Assembly: GCA_002269645.1 (NCBI GenBank)
Contig: NIVC01004926.1
Coordinates: 1-31,202 of the forward strand
Source: Macrostomum lignano
Lineage: Eukaryota
Direction: 5' to 3'
Length of the DNA: 31,202 nucleotides
The position numbers and the translations under genes are program-made. Below are positions 20,294-31,202 of this stretch, one piece after another. The notes beneath the pieces were generated by a model, which ran no database searches, was not told where the DNA came from, and was given only the letters and a program-made list of their open reading frames with translations. Position 1 is the stretch's first letter; each line of letters begins with the position of its first letter.

Positions 20294-21837
20294 ATGGAGA
20301 GCAACAGTGGAACAGTATATCTAGTTCATAGCAGCAATGACTCAAACGATACTGCTACAATTAGAACACTTTTTAATCGCTGGTTCTTAGTGTTAACATT
20401 GGGTTTGTTGAATGTATCCAATGCTGCCCTATGGATAACTTATTCAGCCATTGCTGACTATACTCAGTTGTTCTATAATGTAACTGCTGATGGTGTTAAC
20501 TGGCTGGCTCTTGTCTATCCTCTTGCTTCACTGGTTTTTGGCTTGCCAACTGCATATTGTCTGGATAGGTAAATACTTGCAAAATTTATCATTTATTTAT
20601 TGTCTATTTGACTAATACCCTTGAGGAGCAATTTGCTTTCATGAGAATTCCCCTCAAGAACACTACCATCTCGATAATTCCCCTTGAGCACATGACTATC
20701 CAAATGATTCCCTTTGAGCACATGACTATCCAAATAATTCCCCTTGAGCACATGACTATCCAAATGATTCCCCTTGAGCACATGACTATCCAAATGATTC
20801 CCCTTGAGCACATGACTATCCAAATAATTCCCCTTGAGCACATGACTATCCAAATAATTCCCCTTGAGCACATGACTATCCAAATAGTTCCCCTTGAGCA
20901 CATGACTATCCAAATAATTCCCCTTGAGCACATGACTATCCAAATAATTCCCCTTGAGCGCATGACTATCCAAATGATTCCCCTTGAGCACATGACTATC
21001 CAAATAATTCCCCTTGAGCACATAACTATCCAAATAATTCCCATTTGATGCCTGTGTACATTTTATTGAAAATTATTTTTATGACTGACACTGGAATTGC
21101 TATTAACAGAAGCCAACTCTCCATAATCTTCCCCACAACACAGACTTGGCGTTCGCACCGGTCTTCTAATTGGCGCCATTTTCAGTGCATCTGGTGGCGC
21201 CATGCGGTACGCTAGCGCCATACTAGCTCAACCATCATTCTCTCTGGCATTAGCTGGCCAAATTACAGCTGCCATTGCTCAGCCATTCTTCATGTTTTCT
21301 CCAACTGCTGTTGCGTCAGAATTTCCTGTCAGCCAGCGGGCTACTGCTAACACACTGGGCAGCATGTCCAATCCATTGGGAATTCTGCTCACTAATATCC
21401 TATCGCCTCTGCTAGTGAAATCGAAAACTGACCTGCCGTTAGTCAGTTTAGTGTACTTTATAGCTGCGGCAGCTGCTTTGCTGTTCTCTGTTGTTACGTC
21501 AATTTTTACTAGACAAGCGCCTGCGCCAGGTGTTGCTGGATCTGAGCTGCATCAATCTGCTGCTGCTCAGCATCTCACATTCTGGTTGAGTATTCGTGCC
21601 TGTTTAACTAATCGAGCTTTCGGATTACTGTTGCTAGCCGTAGGCGCTGGAATGGGCCTGTTCACGGCATTGTCAGCCCTGCTGGAGCAGATTCTGTGTC
21701 CGTATGGTTACTCAGATCAGTTTGCTGGCATCTGCGGCGCTGTGCTGATTGGTGCTGGACTGGTTGGGGCCGGGGTGGCCGGAGCTGTTGCAGACTATAC
21801 GAAGAGATTTATAACACTGTCTAAGGTGAGACGACTG

Positions 21838-21913
<76 letters not shown>

Positions 21914-21978
21914 CAGATAGATAGATAGATAGATAGACAGATAGATAGATAGATAGATAGACAGATAGATAGATAGAC

Positions 21979-22017
<39 letters not shown>

Positions 22018-22018
22018 C

Positions 22019-22084
<66 letters not shown>

Positions 22085-22140
22085 GTAGGTAGGTAGATAG
22101 ATAAATATATAGACAGATAGATAGGTAGATAGATAGGTAA

Positions 22141-22176
<36 letters not shown>

Positions 22177-22186
22177 ATAGATAGAC

Positions 22187-22221
<35 letters not shown>

Positions 22222-23116
22222 CAGATAGACAGATAGATAGATAGATATGCAAAAGGCAGCTTCAAACTGCAAACCACACACACGGAAATATTGAAGAACG
22301 TTAGTTGTCGAATATTCAGTAACCGATATTTCGGCCCGGACTGGGCCTTCGTCAGGGTTTATTTATTCGGGTTTAAAAACAAATATATTGGCTGTGAAGT
22401 TATTTTAACATAATTTCAATATATACATGCAACGTTTGGGGGTGCACTGAGCAGTGTTGAGTAAAGATGTGTACGTATAATTAGTTAAAAACGTGAGTTG
22501 AAGCACGCTGATTGGTTAAAGTCTTGCAGCTAAAGCCTTGCACAAAAATAAATATGTTAGGTGCTATAGAAAACCAGATTTAAAGCGTAGAAGTGTATGA
22601 CTAAGCATCTTGAAAAGTTCAACAAATAAGTTAATTACGCCCGTAGAAAAAAACAAATATTAAATTAATACAGAGCACTGAGAACTTTGCATAAATAAGT
22701 GTAAATAATTAGATGTAACTATTGAATTCATATACAGTAATTAATTGGGTAGCCAGACAGGCCACGAGAGACGCAGTTGGCGGCGTCTGGTCACAGATCG
22801 CCGCCTGCACAGCCCCTGGTCACAGGCGACTGGGCACTGCCGATCAGTTGAAGCTAGATTGTCAGTAGTAGTAGCACTAGTAGTTGCAGTAGTAGTAGTA
22901 GTTGTTGTTGTAGTAGTAGTAGAAGTAGTAGTAGTAGAGTAGTAGTAGTCGTAATCGTAGTCGTAGTCGTAGTAGTGTCGTACATTTAATATTTGCAGCT
23001 GCAGAAATAGTACTCTTGCTTATCCCGAGTAGATTTTTAGCGGAAAATATAGGTAGACTTTTTGTTACCTATTTGGTTTGTTTTTGGTAGATAGATAGAT
23101 AGATAAATAGATAGAC

Positions 23117-23151
<35 letters not shown>

Positions 23152-23152
23152 C

Positions 23153-23202
<50 letters not shown>

Positions 23203-23239
23203 GTAGGTAGATAGATAAATATATAGACAGATAGATAGG

Positions 23240-23278
<39 letters not shown>

Positions 23279-23450
23279 TTAGATAGATAGATAAATAGAT
23301 AGGTAGATAGATAAATATATAGACAGATAGATAGATAGATAGGTAGATAGATAGATAGATAGATAGATTAGATTAGATAGATAGATAGATAGACAGATAG
23401 ATAGATAGATAGGTAGATACATAAATATATAGACAGATAGATAGATAGAT

Positions 23451-23508
<58 letters not shown>

Positions 23509-24209
23509 CAGACAGATAGATGGTTGATAGCCGTGATTGGTGAAATTTTCGACATTCTGCAATTAGTGGGATTTCTGGGCTGTAATTCCTTGGCCCACCC
23601 CAACCCCACTCTCAGGTATCCTTCAGCTTGGCCGCGGCCACCTCAGCCGCATTCGCCGCCTTGATTGGCCGGCCAAATTCTCACGCTGCCGTAGTCTCCT
23701 CGATTGCGGCATTTGGCGCATTCGGTTTCGCATTCTATCCGATAGCATTGGAACTGGGCGTAGAAGCTACTCATCCTGTTGGAGAGGCGGTGAGCACTGG
23801 CCTTCTTGTGCTAGCTGGTCAGTTGGCCTCCGTGGTGCTCATGGTCGCTGGCCAGGTGTTGGCGACTCCTACAGCCACGACAGCGCTGACAGCATGTGCT
23901 GTACCGCCTCCTATGGACTACAGCCTGGCCTGTCTAGTGTTCGCTGGTATGGCTGCAGTGTTGGCCATTCTCTACACGCTAATGTTTAACACAGATTATA
24001 AGCGTCAAGAGGCTGAGAAACGTCAATTAGATGCGGCTAAAGCTGCCGCAGTTCTATTAGCGAGGCTGCTGCTTCGATCGGGCATGCTCAGGTTGGCTCT
24101 GGGCCGGATGAGCAGGCTTGAAGACATGTTAATATGTCAACTCTTTGGTGCTTTCTATTGCGGACTTGTTGGTTTAGATTTTACCGTATGCTTATTCTTT
24201 GATCATTAA
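20294..24209 (+). CDS. SLC49A3: MFS transporter of the SLC49A3/MFSD7 (FLVCR-related) type, 3 exons
   Basis: Exons 20294-20568, 21144-21825 and 23616-24209 join in phase. Motifs RWF...[38 protein letters not shown]...[31 protein letters not shown] and FNTDYKR match my recollection of SLC49A3. The true stop may be 24121 (see findings). Confidence 0.88.
20615..21045. repeat. Minisatellite, 27-nt unit ATTCCCCTTGAGCACATGACTATCCAA (core), ~14 copies
   Basis: Direct periodicity within SLC49A3 intron 1. Confidence 0.95.
21840..22248. repeat. (GATA)n microsatellite
   Basis: Direct; begins just after the exon 2 donor. Confidence 0.97.
22321..22359 (-). ncRNA. Minimal type I hammerhead ribozyme motif (Penelope-like element remnant)
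   Basis: Minus strand AACC-CUGACGA-A-GGCCC(agucc)GGGCC-GAAA-UA-UC-GGUU: both core boxes, 5-bp stem II, 4-bp stem I, palindromic AUAU stem III, AUC cleavage triplet. Confidence 0.6.
22860..22980. repeat. (GTA/GTT/GTC)n trinucleotide simple repeat
   Basis: Direct. Confidence 0.9.
23088..23520. repeat. (GATA)n microsatellite
   Basis: Direct. Confidence 0.97.
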
Positions 24210-24227
24210 CTGTTCTCAAGCTTACCT

Positions 24228-26594
24228 TTGATTTTTAGATCTTATCAGTGAGCCTGCAACCCCCACTCAGATCTTATCAGTGAGCCTGCACCCCACTCAG
24301 ATCTTATCAGTGAGCCTGCAACCCTCTCAGATCTTATCAGTGAGCCTGCAACCCCCACTCAGATCTTATCAGTGAGCCTGCACCCCACTCAGATCTTATC
24401 AGTGAGCCTGCAACCCTCTCAGATCTTATCAGTGAGCCTGCAACCCCACTCAGATCTTATCAGTGAGCCTGCAACCCTCTCAGATCTTATCAGTGAGTCT
24501 GCACCCCACTCAGATCTTATCAGTGAGCCTGCAACCCCACTCAGATCTTATCAGTGAGCCTGCAACCCCCACTCAGATCTTATCAGTGAGCCTGCACCCC
24601 ACTCAGATCTTATCAGTGAGCCTGCAACCCTCTCAGATCTTATCAGTGAGCCTGCAACCCCACTCAGATCTTATCAGTGAGCCTGCAACCCTCTCAGATC
24701 TTATCAGTGAGCCTGCAACCCCACTCAGATCTTATCAGTGAGCCTGCAACCCTCTCAGATCTTATCAGTGAGCCTGCAACCCCCACTCAGATCTTATCAG
24801 TGAGCCTGCACCCCACTCAGATCTTATCAGTGAGCCTGCAACCCTCTCAGATCTTATCAGTGAGCCTGCAACCCCCACTCAGATCTTATCAGTGAGCCTG
24901 CAACCCTCTCAGATCTTATCAGTGAGCCTGCACCCCACTCAGATCTTATCAGTGAGCCTGCAACCCCCACTCAGATCTTATCAGTGAGCCTGCACCCCAC
25001 TCAGATCTTATCAGTGAGCCTGCAACCCTCTCAGATCTTATCAGTGAGCTGCAACCCCACTCAGATCTTATCAGTGAGTCTGCAACCCCCCCTCCCCACA
25101 CACATTTTTTTTCAGTGAGCCTGCAACCCCCCCCCCTCAGATCTTATCAGTGAGTCTGCAACCCCTCTCAGATCTTATCAGTGAGCCTGCAAACCCCCCC
25201 CTCAGATCTTTTCAGTGAGTCTGCATCCCCCCACTCAGATCTTATCAGTGAGTCTGCATCCCCCCCACTCAGATCTTATCAGTGAGTCTGCATCCCCCCA
25301 CTCAGATCTTATCAGTGAGTCTGCATCCCCCCACTCAGATCTTATCAGTGAGTCTGCAACCCCCCCTCCCCACACACATTTTTTTTCAGTGAGCCTGCAA
25401 CCCCCACTCAGATCTTATCAGTGAGCCTGCAACCCTCTCAGATCTTATCAGTGAGCCTGCAACCCCCACTCAGATCTTATCAGTGAGCCTGCACCCCACT
25501 CAGATCTTATCAGTGAGCCTGCAACCCTCTCAGATCTTATCAGTGAGCCTGCAACCCTCACTCAGATCTTATCAGTGAGCCTGCAACCCCCACTCAGATC
25601 TTATCAGTGAGCCTGCAAACCCCCCCCCCTCAGATCTTATCAGTGAGCCTGCAACCCTCTCAGATCTTATCAGTGAGCCTGCAACCCCACTCAGATCTTA
25701 TCAGTGAGTCTGCAACCCCCCCTCCCCACACACATTTTTTTTCAGTGAGCCTGCAACCCCCCCCCCTCAGATCTTATCAGTAAGCCTGCAACCCTCTCAG
25801 ATCTTATCAGTGAGTCTGCAACCCCCTCTCAGATCTTATCAGTGAGTCTGCATCCCCCCACTCAGATCTTATCAGTGAGCCTGCAAACCCCCCCCTCAGA
25901 TCTTATCAGTGAGCCTGCAAACCCCCCCCCCTCAGATCTTTTCAGTGAGTCTGCATCCCCCCACTCAGATCTTATCAGTGAGTCTGCATCCCCCCACTCA
26001 GATCTTATCAGTGAGTCTGCATCCCCCACTCAGATCTTATCAGTGAGTCTGCAACCCCCCCTCCCCACACACATTTTTTTTCAGTGAGCCTGCAACCCCC
26101 CCCCTCAGATCTTATCAGTGAGCCTGCACCCCACTCAGATCTTATCAGTGAGTCTGCACCCCACTCAGATCTTATCAGTGAGTCTGCATCCCCCCACTCA
26201 GATCTTATCAGTGAGCCTGCAAACCCCACTCAGATCTTATCAGTGAGCCTGCACCCCACTCAGATCTTATCAGTGAGCCTGCAACCCTCTCAGATCTTAT
26301 CAGTGAGCCTGCAACCCCCACTCAGATCTTATCAGTGAGCCTGCACCCCACTCAGATCTTATCAGTGAGCCTGCAACCCTCTCAGATCTTATCAGTGAGC
26401 CTGCAACCCTCACTCAGATCTTATCAGTGAGCCTGCAACCCCCACTCAGATCTTATCAGTGAGCTGCAACCCTCTCAGATCTTATCAGTGAGCCTGCAAC
26501 CCCCACTCAGATCTTATCAGTGAGCCTGCACCCCCACTCAGATCTTATCAGTGAGCCTGCACTCCACTCAGATCTTATCAGTGAGCCTGCACTC
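24228..26594. repeat. Large minisatellite, 30-32 nt unit TCAGATCTTATCAGTGAG(C/T)CTGCA(A)CCC(C)AC, roughly 75 copies
   Basis: Direct periodicity; no unique spacers. Confidence 0.97.
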
Positions 26595-27081
26595 CACTCA
26601 GATCTTATCAGTGAGGATTATAGATATCTTAATTATGCGAGCTATAAGTACTCATAAAAATTCATTATTTGAAGAAATAGTTTCGCTATTTTTGCTGCGC
26701 TGCATAATATTTCTCTCTCGCGCAGATTTGAATTTCGTAGATTTATTCTCACGTCAGGTGAAATTAAAATCAAAGATGCAATTATTTGCACAAATTTGTA
26801 TACAAGCACCAATCGTTTGTAATATCATGGATCATATTCAATATTTAAATAATAAATAATCGGATATTTTCAGGACGTCACTCGTTATAGATTTTATTTT
26901 CGTTGGATTTGTAATAAATGCCTGACCGATGTACTTTTATTTTATTGAAATACAATACTATCGTGTTGCATTGAGATGATTTTTGTATTTTTATAAATAT
27001 TTATAGTTTTTTTAATTACTTATTAGGCTATTAATAAACTTCACACTGACACCCATCTGTCAGTTGGCACTGACTCATAAC

Positions 27082-27555
27082 CTGACACATTACTGTCAGC
27101 ACTGACCCACACCCTGACACTTTTCTGTCAGCACTGACCCACACCCTGACACTTTTCTGTCAGCACTGACCCACAACCTGACACTTTTCTGTCAGCACTG
27201 ACCCACAACCTGACACTTTTCTGTCAGCACTGACCCACACCCTGACACTTTTCTGTCAGCACTGACCCACACCCTGACACTTTTCTGTCAGGACTGACCC
27301 ACAACCTGACACTTTTCTGTCAGGACTGACCCACAACCTGACACTTTTCTGTCAGGACTGACCCACACCCTGACACTTTTCTGCCAGCACTGACCCACAA
27401 CCTGACACTTTACTGTCAGCACTGACTCACAACCTGACACTTTACTGTCAGCACTGACTCACAACCTGACACTTTACTGTCAGCACTGACTCACAACCTG
27501 ACACTTTTCTGTCAGCACTGACCCACACCCTGACACTTTTCTGTCAGCACTGACT
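27082..27555. repeat. Minisatellite, 32-nt unit CTGACACTTTTCTGTCAGCACTGACCCACA(C/A)C, ~15 copies, each with a CTGACA/TGTCAG inverted repeat
   Basis: Period 32 measured between 27082 and 27114. Confidence 0.95.
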
Positions 27556-27594
27556 CGCATCCTGACGCTCAGCACCAACTCAAACATTCCTGGC

Positions 27595-28380
27595 ATGAAC
27601 TCGGCCCAAACTGGCTCGACAACACAGCCTCCCCAGCCTCCGTCATCATCGCCGTCCCCCACTGTCGCCGCTGCCGCAGCCTCCGCCGCACCCGCTGACT
27701 CAGTCGACGATACAGATCGACTTAGCCAAGCCGCGGCGCTTCGAGCTGCTGGCCAGCCGGAGGCAGCGCTGAGTCTCCTAGCCAGCCTACTTGATGATGC
27801 AGGGAACCAGAGTCACAGCCACCAGCAACATCAGCACAGCCGTTTAGCCTTAGCAACTCCTCGAGCGATGCGCCTGTCCGCCGAAATTCTGTTTGAATCT
27901 GGCGATCTACAAGCGGCTAAAGAGTTCCTACACGCCGAGAAGATGTACTATAACGCCGAGGTAGCTTGCGCCGATCAGCTGATCCGAGCTATCGACAGTC
28001 GATTAGCCGAAGGCTGTCCAACATCCATATTGAGAAGTACGGGATCTACTTTGCCAGCAATGTCCAGCAGTGGTTATCGGGTCAGGTTTGCTAATTCAGT
28101 TGGCAGTGAAGAGCAGCAGCAGAGCGGCACCGGTTCCAACGTGTTTCAAAGATTGACATTTCGTCGACGGAATCATAATAATAATAATAATATTCAGAAT
28201 GCTACTCACAGTAGTCAATCCACAGGGTTTGATAATAGATCGACGTCTATGCACCGTGAGAATCGTCACATTGCTAGAGGCATTTTCGCTCTGTGCTGCT
28301 TTGCACTGTTGGGCCTGTTGGCCTTCTGGCTGTGGGATTGGACACCTTGGCGAGGCTTACTGGCTGTTAGATGGCCTTGA
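27595..28380 (+). CDS. CNST: Consortin-like membrane protein (helical AExxFxxxDxxxAxxFxxxE[KR]xY segment, SILR and RVRF motifs, C-terminal TM), 261 aa
   Basis: Uninterrupted GC-richer ORF. AEILFESGDLQAAKEFLHAEKMYY resembles the conserved consortin segment as I recall it, followed by SILR (28024-28035), RVRF (28078-28089) and a hydrophobic segment GIFALCCFALLGLLAFWLW in the same order as consortin. Orthology not verified by search. Confidence 0.6.
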   Translation: MNSAQTGSTTQPPQPPSSSPSPTVAAAAASAAPADSVDDTDRLSQAAALRAAGQPEAALSLLASLLDDAGNQSHSHQQHQHSRLALATPRAMRLSAEILFESGDLQAAKEFLHAEKMYYNAEVACADQLIRAIDSRLAEGCPTSILRSTGSTLPAMSSSGYRVRFANSVGSEEQQQSGTGSNVFQRLTFRRRNHNNNNNIQNATHSSQSTGFDNRSTSMHRENRHIARGIFALCCFALLGLLAFWLWDWTPWRGLLAVRWP

Positions 28381-28519
28381 ATAGCCTTTTTTCTATTGTG
28401 TACCTTTTGTCAATTTGTTTCAATTCGCTGGATGGGGGCTGTGGGCGCTGCCGCGAATCAATGCGGCTGTCCACCCGCTGCCAGCGAAGAGGCAAAACAC
28501 GGTGTCATTCCCATTCCGC

Positions 28520-28775
28520 TGACCTTTGTCTCTTCTTACTGCTCTCTCATTGGCTGAGCCAGATTGGGCCTGCACCCTAGGCTGGGTTTCGTCCGTCTGA
28601 CTTTGACCCTCTCTCCTTACTGCTCTCTCATTGGCTGAGCCAGATTGGGCCTGCACCCTAGGCTGGGTTTCGTCCGTCTGACTTTGACCCTCTCTCCTTA
28701 CTGCTCTCTCATTGGCTGAGCTAGGCTGGGCCTGCTCCCTAGGCTGAGTTTGATCCGTCCCTGACTTTGACGTCT
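28520..28775. repeat. 81-nt tandem repeat, ~3 copies
   Basis: Period 81 between 28601 and 28682. Confidence 0.9.
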
Positions 28776-29403
28776 CTAAATGTACAGCGAAAAAATTATG
28801 ATTAAGGCACAAAGAGTGTACACTACGAGCCGTAACGATGATAAAGTCGAAGAGGGTAGGATGTACATCTTCGTTGTGAGCGTGTGCACACTTGGGATCA
28901 GAGTCAAGAAAATTAGCATGACTGAGTGAGACACTTTCAAGGAGAATTATCAGTCAAAAAGCTTACAACACTACTGTTTCTAAGTAGGCAGTACAGCACC
29001 TATGTATTTTCTGGCTCTACCCTTCGTCCATACTAAATGGTACACAACATACACAATTGTTTTGCTGTCTGATTTTACAAAAATTCCGTTTTAAATGTTT
29101 ATCAGCTTTTAGAAACCATAAAAATGCATCGTTTTCATAGTTGTCATTAATTGCGATGTTTGAGTTGCTGCTCGCATCTGCAGGTGTTCATTTTATTTTG
29201 ATAATCTGCTATACTGCTGTGTATTAGTATAAACAGTAATAACTGAGCAAAATTGTGTTCCAATAACTTTTTTATGTTCTATTTTTTATCAAGTTTATTT
29301 TTTAACACCCTGAAGTCTTAATAATGTTTTCTAAATTTATATTACTGCTTTACATAAAATGTTATTTAAAATAGGATGAGTGTGCAGCCTCGTGAAATGC
29401 CTC

Positions 29404-29705
29404 ATAATAATAATAATGTTTGATTACACCTGCCCTAATGGCCAGGTGTGCAACCGACAGCTCAGCCGCAGCTATTGCCCGGCACATCTGAAGGCTGCCT
29501 ACGGCTGTTCAGTCCAAAGACTGGGGGTCGCCACACACACCTTCAATTACCCCAGCTAATGCTGGCACCCATTTGACAGCTGGGTGAACTGAAGCAATGC
29601 AGAGTTAAGTGTCTTGCTTAATGACACAAATTGTTCCCCCCCCCCGAGTAGGATCAGGAATCGAACCCCCGACCTTCAAGTTGTGAGTCTGACCACTAGG
29701 CTGCA
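29404..29705 (-). mobile_element. tRNA-derived SINE with CORE-like central domain
   Basis: Minus strand: A-box-like GCCTAGTGGT, B box GGTTCGATTCC (29667-29657), central AGCAAGACACTTAACTC...CAGCTGTCAAATGGG resembling CORE-type domains, (ATT)n tail at 29417-29404. Confidence 0.75.
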
Positions 29706-30875
29706 ACCCCCCCCCCAGCCTCATGACCTAGGGGTGACACTCGTATCTTCAAGAAGTAATAATTAATGAAGCATTGAAACGTGCAGTCACAGCTTGTCGT
29801 GCAATTTGTATTTTTTCAGCCAAATTTATCCAAGTTTATTCAAGCCTATTTATCTTGTCCTTACTGTTTAGGTTTTATCAATAGTTGATATCAATTATTA
29901 CAATTTAACTACATTTTGTGCTGTGGAGTATAATGTATACTTTATAATTTGCTAACTGGTCACAGTGTTGATGAGTCCTATTGTTGTTTTTCCTAACAGA
30001 TTTGAACTTTTGATGTTATTTCTTAGTGAGTATAGAAGCGCTGATTTCAATTTCACGTTTCTCAATTATAGCATAATGTAGTTGGTTGTACAAAAACCGG
30101 CCCATTCATTTATGTGGTTTGCTGTTTGAAGAATAAAATAGTTTTGTCGTGCCATTCCCCAAAAACAACTCAAAAAGCTCTTTATCATTTGCCGAGTAAT
30201 CAATTTTAAAGAAGAAAAGTATGAAAAAATGTTTCAATAGAAGTTTAAGGAAACTATTACAGGTAGACATCTCAGAAAAGAATCAGATTGCTAAGGTTTG
30301 CTGCACAGCTGTTCTAAATTCTGTCAATTCAAATACAAAAAAGCGCACCATGTGATAGGATTATGACACGTGTCCTCCAAGCATCCCGCCACTTTTTTGG
30401 ACCTATGAAAGATGATCATTATCAGTCTGCTTTGAGTTTGAGAACGCTTGAAGTGACTTAATGCAAAGGATGGATAGATGGATCAATGCCTTCTCCAGTT
30501 CAGGGTTTTCTTTGTCAAATGCAAGAGCAGTAACGCGTTTTTTTATTATAAACGTTGATTTAAAACAATAGGCGCGCGTGCGAAGGGGGCTTAGTTTTGG
30601 TTCCTTTCTATGTCACGTGACCAACTGGACTGCAACAATGTCTAGTCGCGTGTTCGGCTGCAGTTATTGTGGACTTCCTCTGTTTCTTAGAATCGGAGCT
30701 TGGGAGCTAATCGCGACCATTTTCAGACAACTTTCAAGGCTCATTTGGGAGAATCGCTGAAATGCCGTGGCTCATGGGGTGGGTTGCTTGGATGCCAAGG
30801 GACTTGTTAGTAGGCATCAGTGGCATCTGCAAGAAGTAGAGAGTAGAAGTTGGGGTTAAGCCAAGGCTTAAAAAT

Positions 30876-31166
30876 CAGGGGTCGGCGAACTACGGCCCGC
30901 GAAGCCTCTCTATCCGGACCTCAGGTCCTTTAAAGCTTCACAATAGCAATCCGGGCCTGCTCAAGGTTTGTGTCTTCCTTTCCTCTCCTTTCCCTCCTCT
31001 CTCTCCTTTCCTCTCCCTTTTCCTCTCTCTTCTCCCTCCCCTCCTCTCTCCTCTCGTCTCTTCTTTCCTCTCTTCTCTTCATTCTCTAGTCTCCCTTTCT
31101 CCTATTTCTCTTCTCTATTCCCTCTCCTCTCTCCTTTCTTCTGGTAGAAAGTTTGCCAACCCCGTG
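30876..31166. mobile_element. Non-autonomous hAT-like DNA element (copy 2) with short CT-rich interior
   Basis: CAGGGGTCGGCGAAC...GTTTGCCAACCCC TIRs; homologous to 10427-12283; GGCTTAAAA occurs near both ends (30865-30873, 31166-31174), slightly offset from a perfect TSD. Confidence 0.72.
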
Positions 31167-31202
31167 GCTTAAAAGGATCGGCTTTGATGCCAAAGCTCGC
31201 AG

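Noticed and set aside
20593-22283. 146-189 aa repetitive ORFs ([13 protein letters not shown])
   Set aside because: 27-nt minisatellite and (GATA)n translations in SLC49A3 introns.
24228-26594. CRISPR-like array of ~31-nt repeats
   Set aside because: Head-to-tail units with no unique spacers, no cas genes and a eukaryotic context; its short ORFs are artefacts.
27082-27555. Palindromic 32-nt repeats as CRISPR or operator array
   Set aside because: No spacers; an ordinary minisatellite, although its position just upstream of the consortin-like ATG leaves a 5' UTR/promoter effect untested.
28420-28812. 130-aa minus-strand ORF
   Set aside because: Driven by an 81-nt tandem repeat; no recognisable domain.
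29640-29705. tRNA gene
   Set aside because: A/B boxes are present but there is no complete cloverleaf, and it continues into a CORE-like body and ATT tail, so it is a SINE head.

Overview
Eukaryotic, intron-rich, repeat-rich invertebrate-type DNA; the organism cannot be identified from sequence alone. The standout is 1-6945 on the minus strand. One signal-peptide exon (6876-6945, ending in phase 1) is followed by at least 13 tandem paralogous exons, each encoding a divergent N-terminal part of a MAM-like domain. Every intact variant runs phase 1 to phase 2, so only one can be used per in-frame mRNA. The intron upstream of each variant carries a 12-20 nt motif complementary to a single 22-nt site (6778-6799) just downstream of the signal-peptide exon donor. 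This is the docking-site/selector architecture known from Dscam1 exon 6, here in an unrelated MAM-like secreted or surface protein; the array runs off the left edge. The rest of the window holds an 8-exon low-specificity L-threonine aldolase (minus), a 3-exon SLC49A3/MFSD7-type MFS transporter (plus) and a single-ORF consortin-like membrane protein with SILK-like and RVxF motifs. It also contains a minimal Penelope-type hammerhead motif, a tRNA-derived SINE, several MITE-like elements and many micro/minisatellites that generate most of the long spurious ORFs. All coordinates, phases and alignments were derived by hand.
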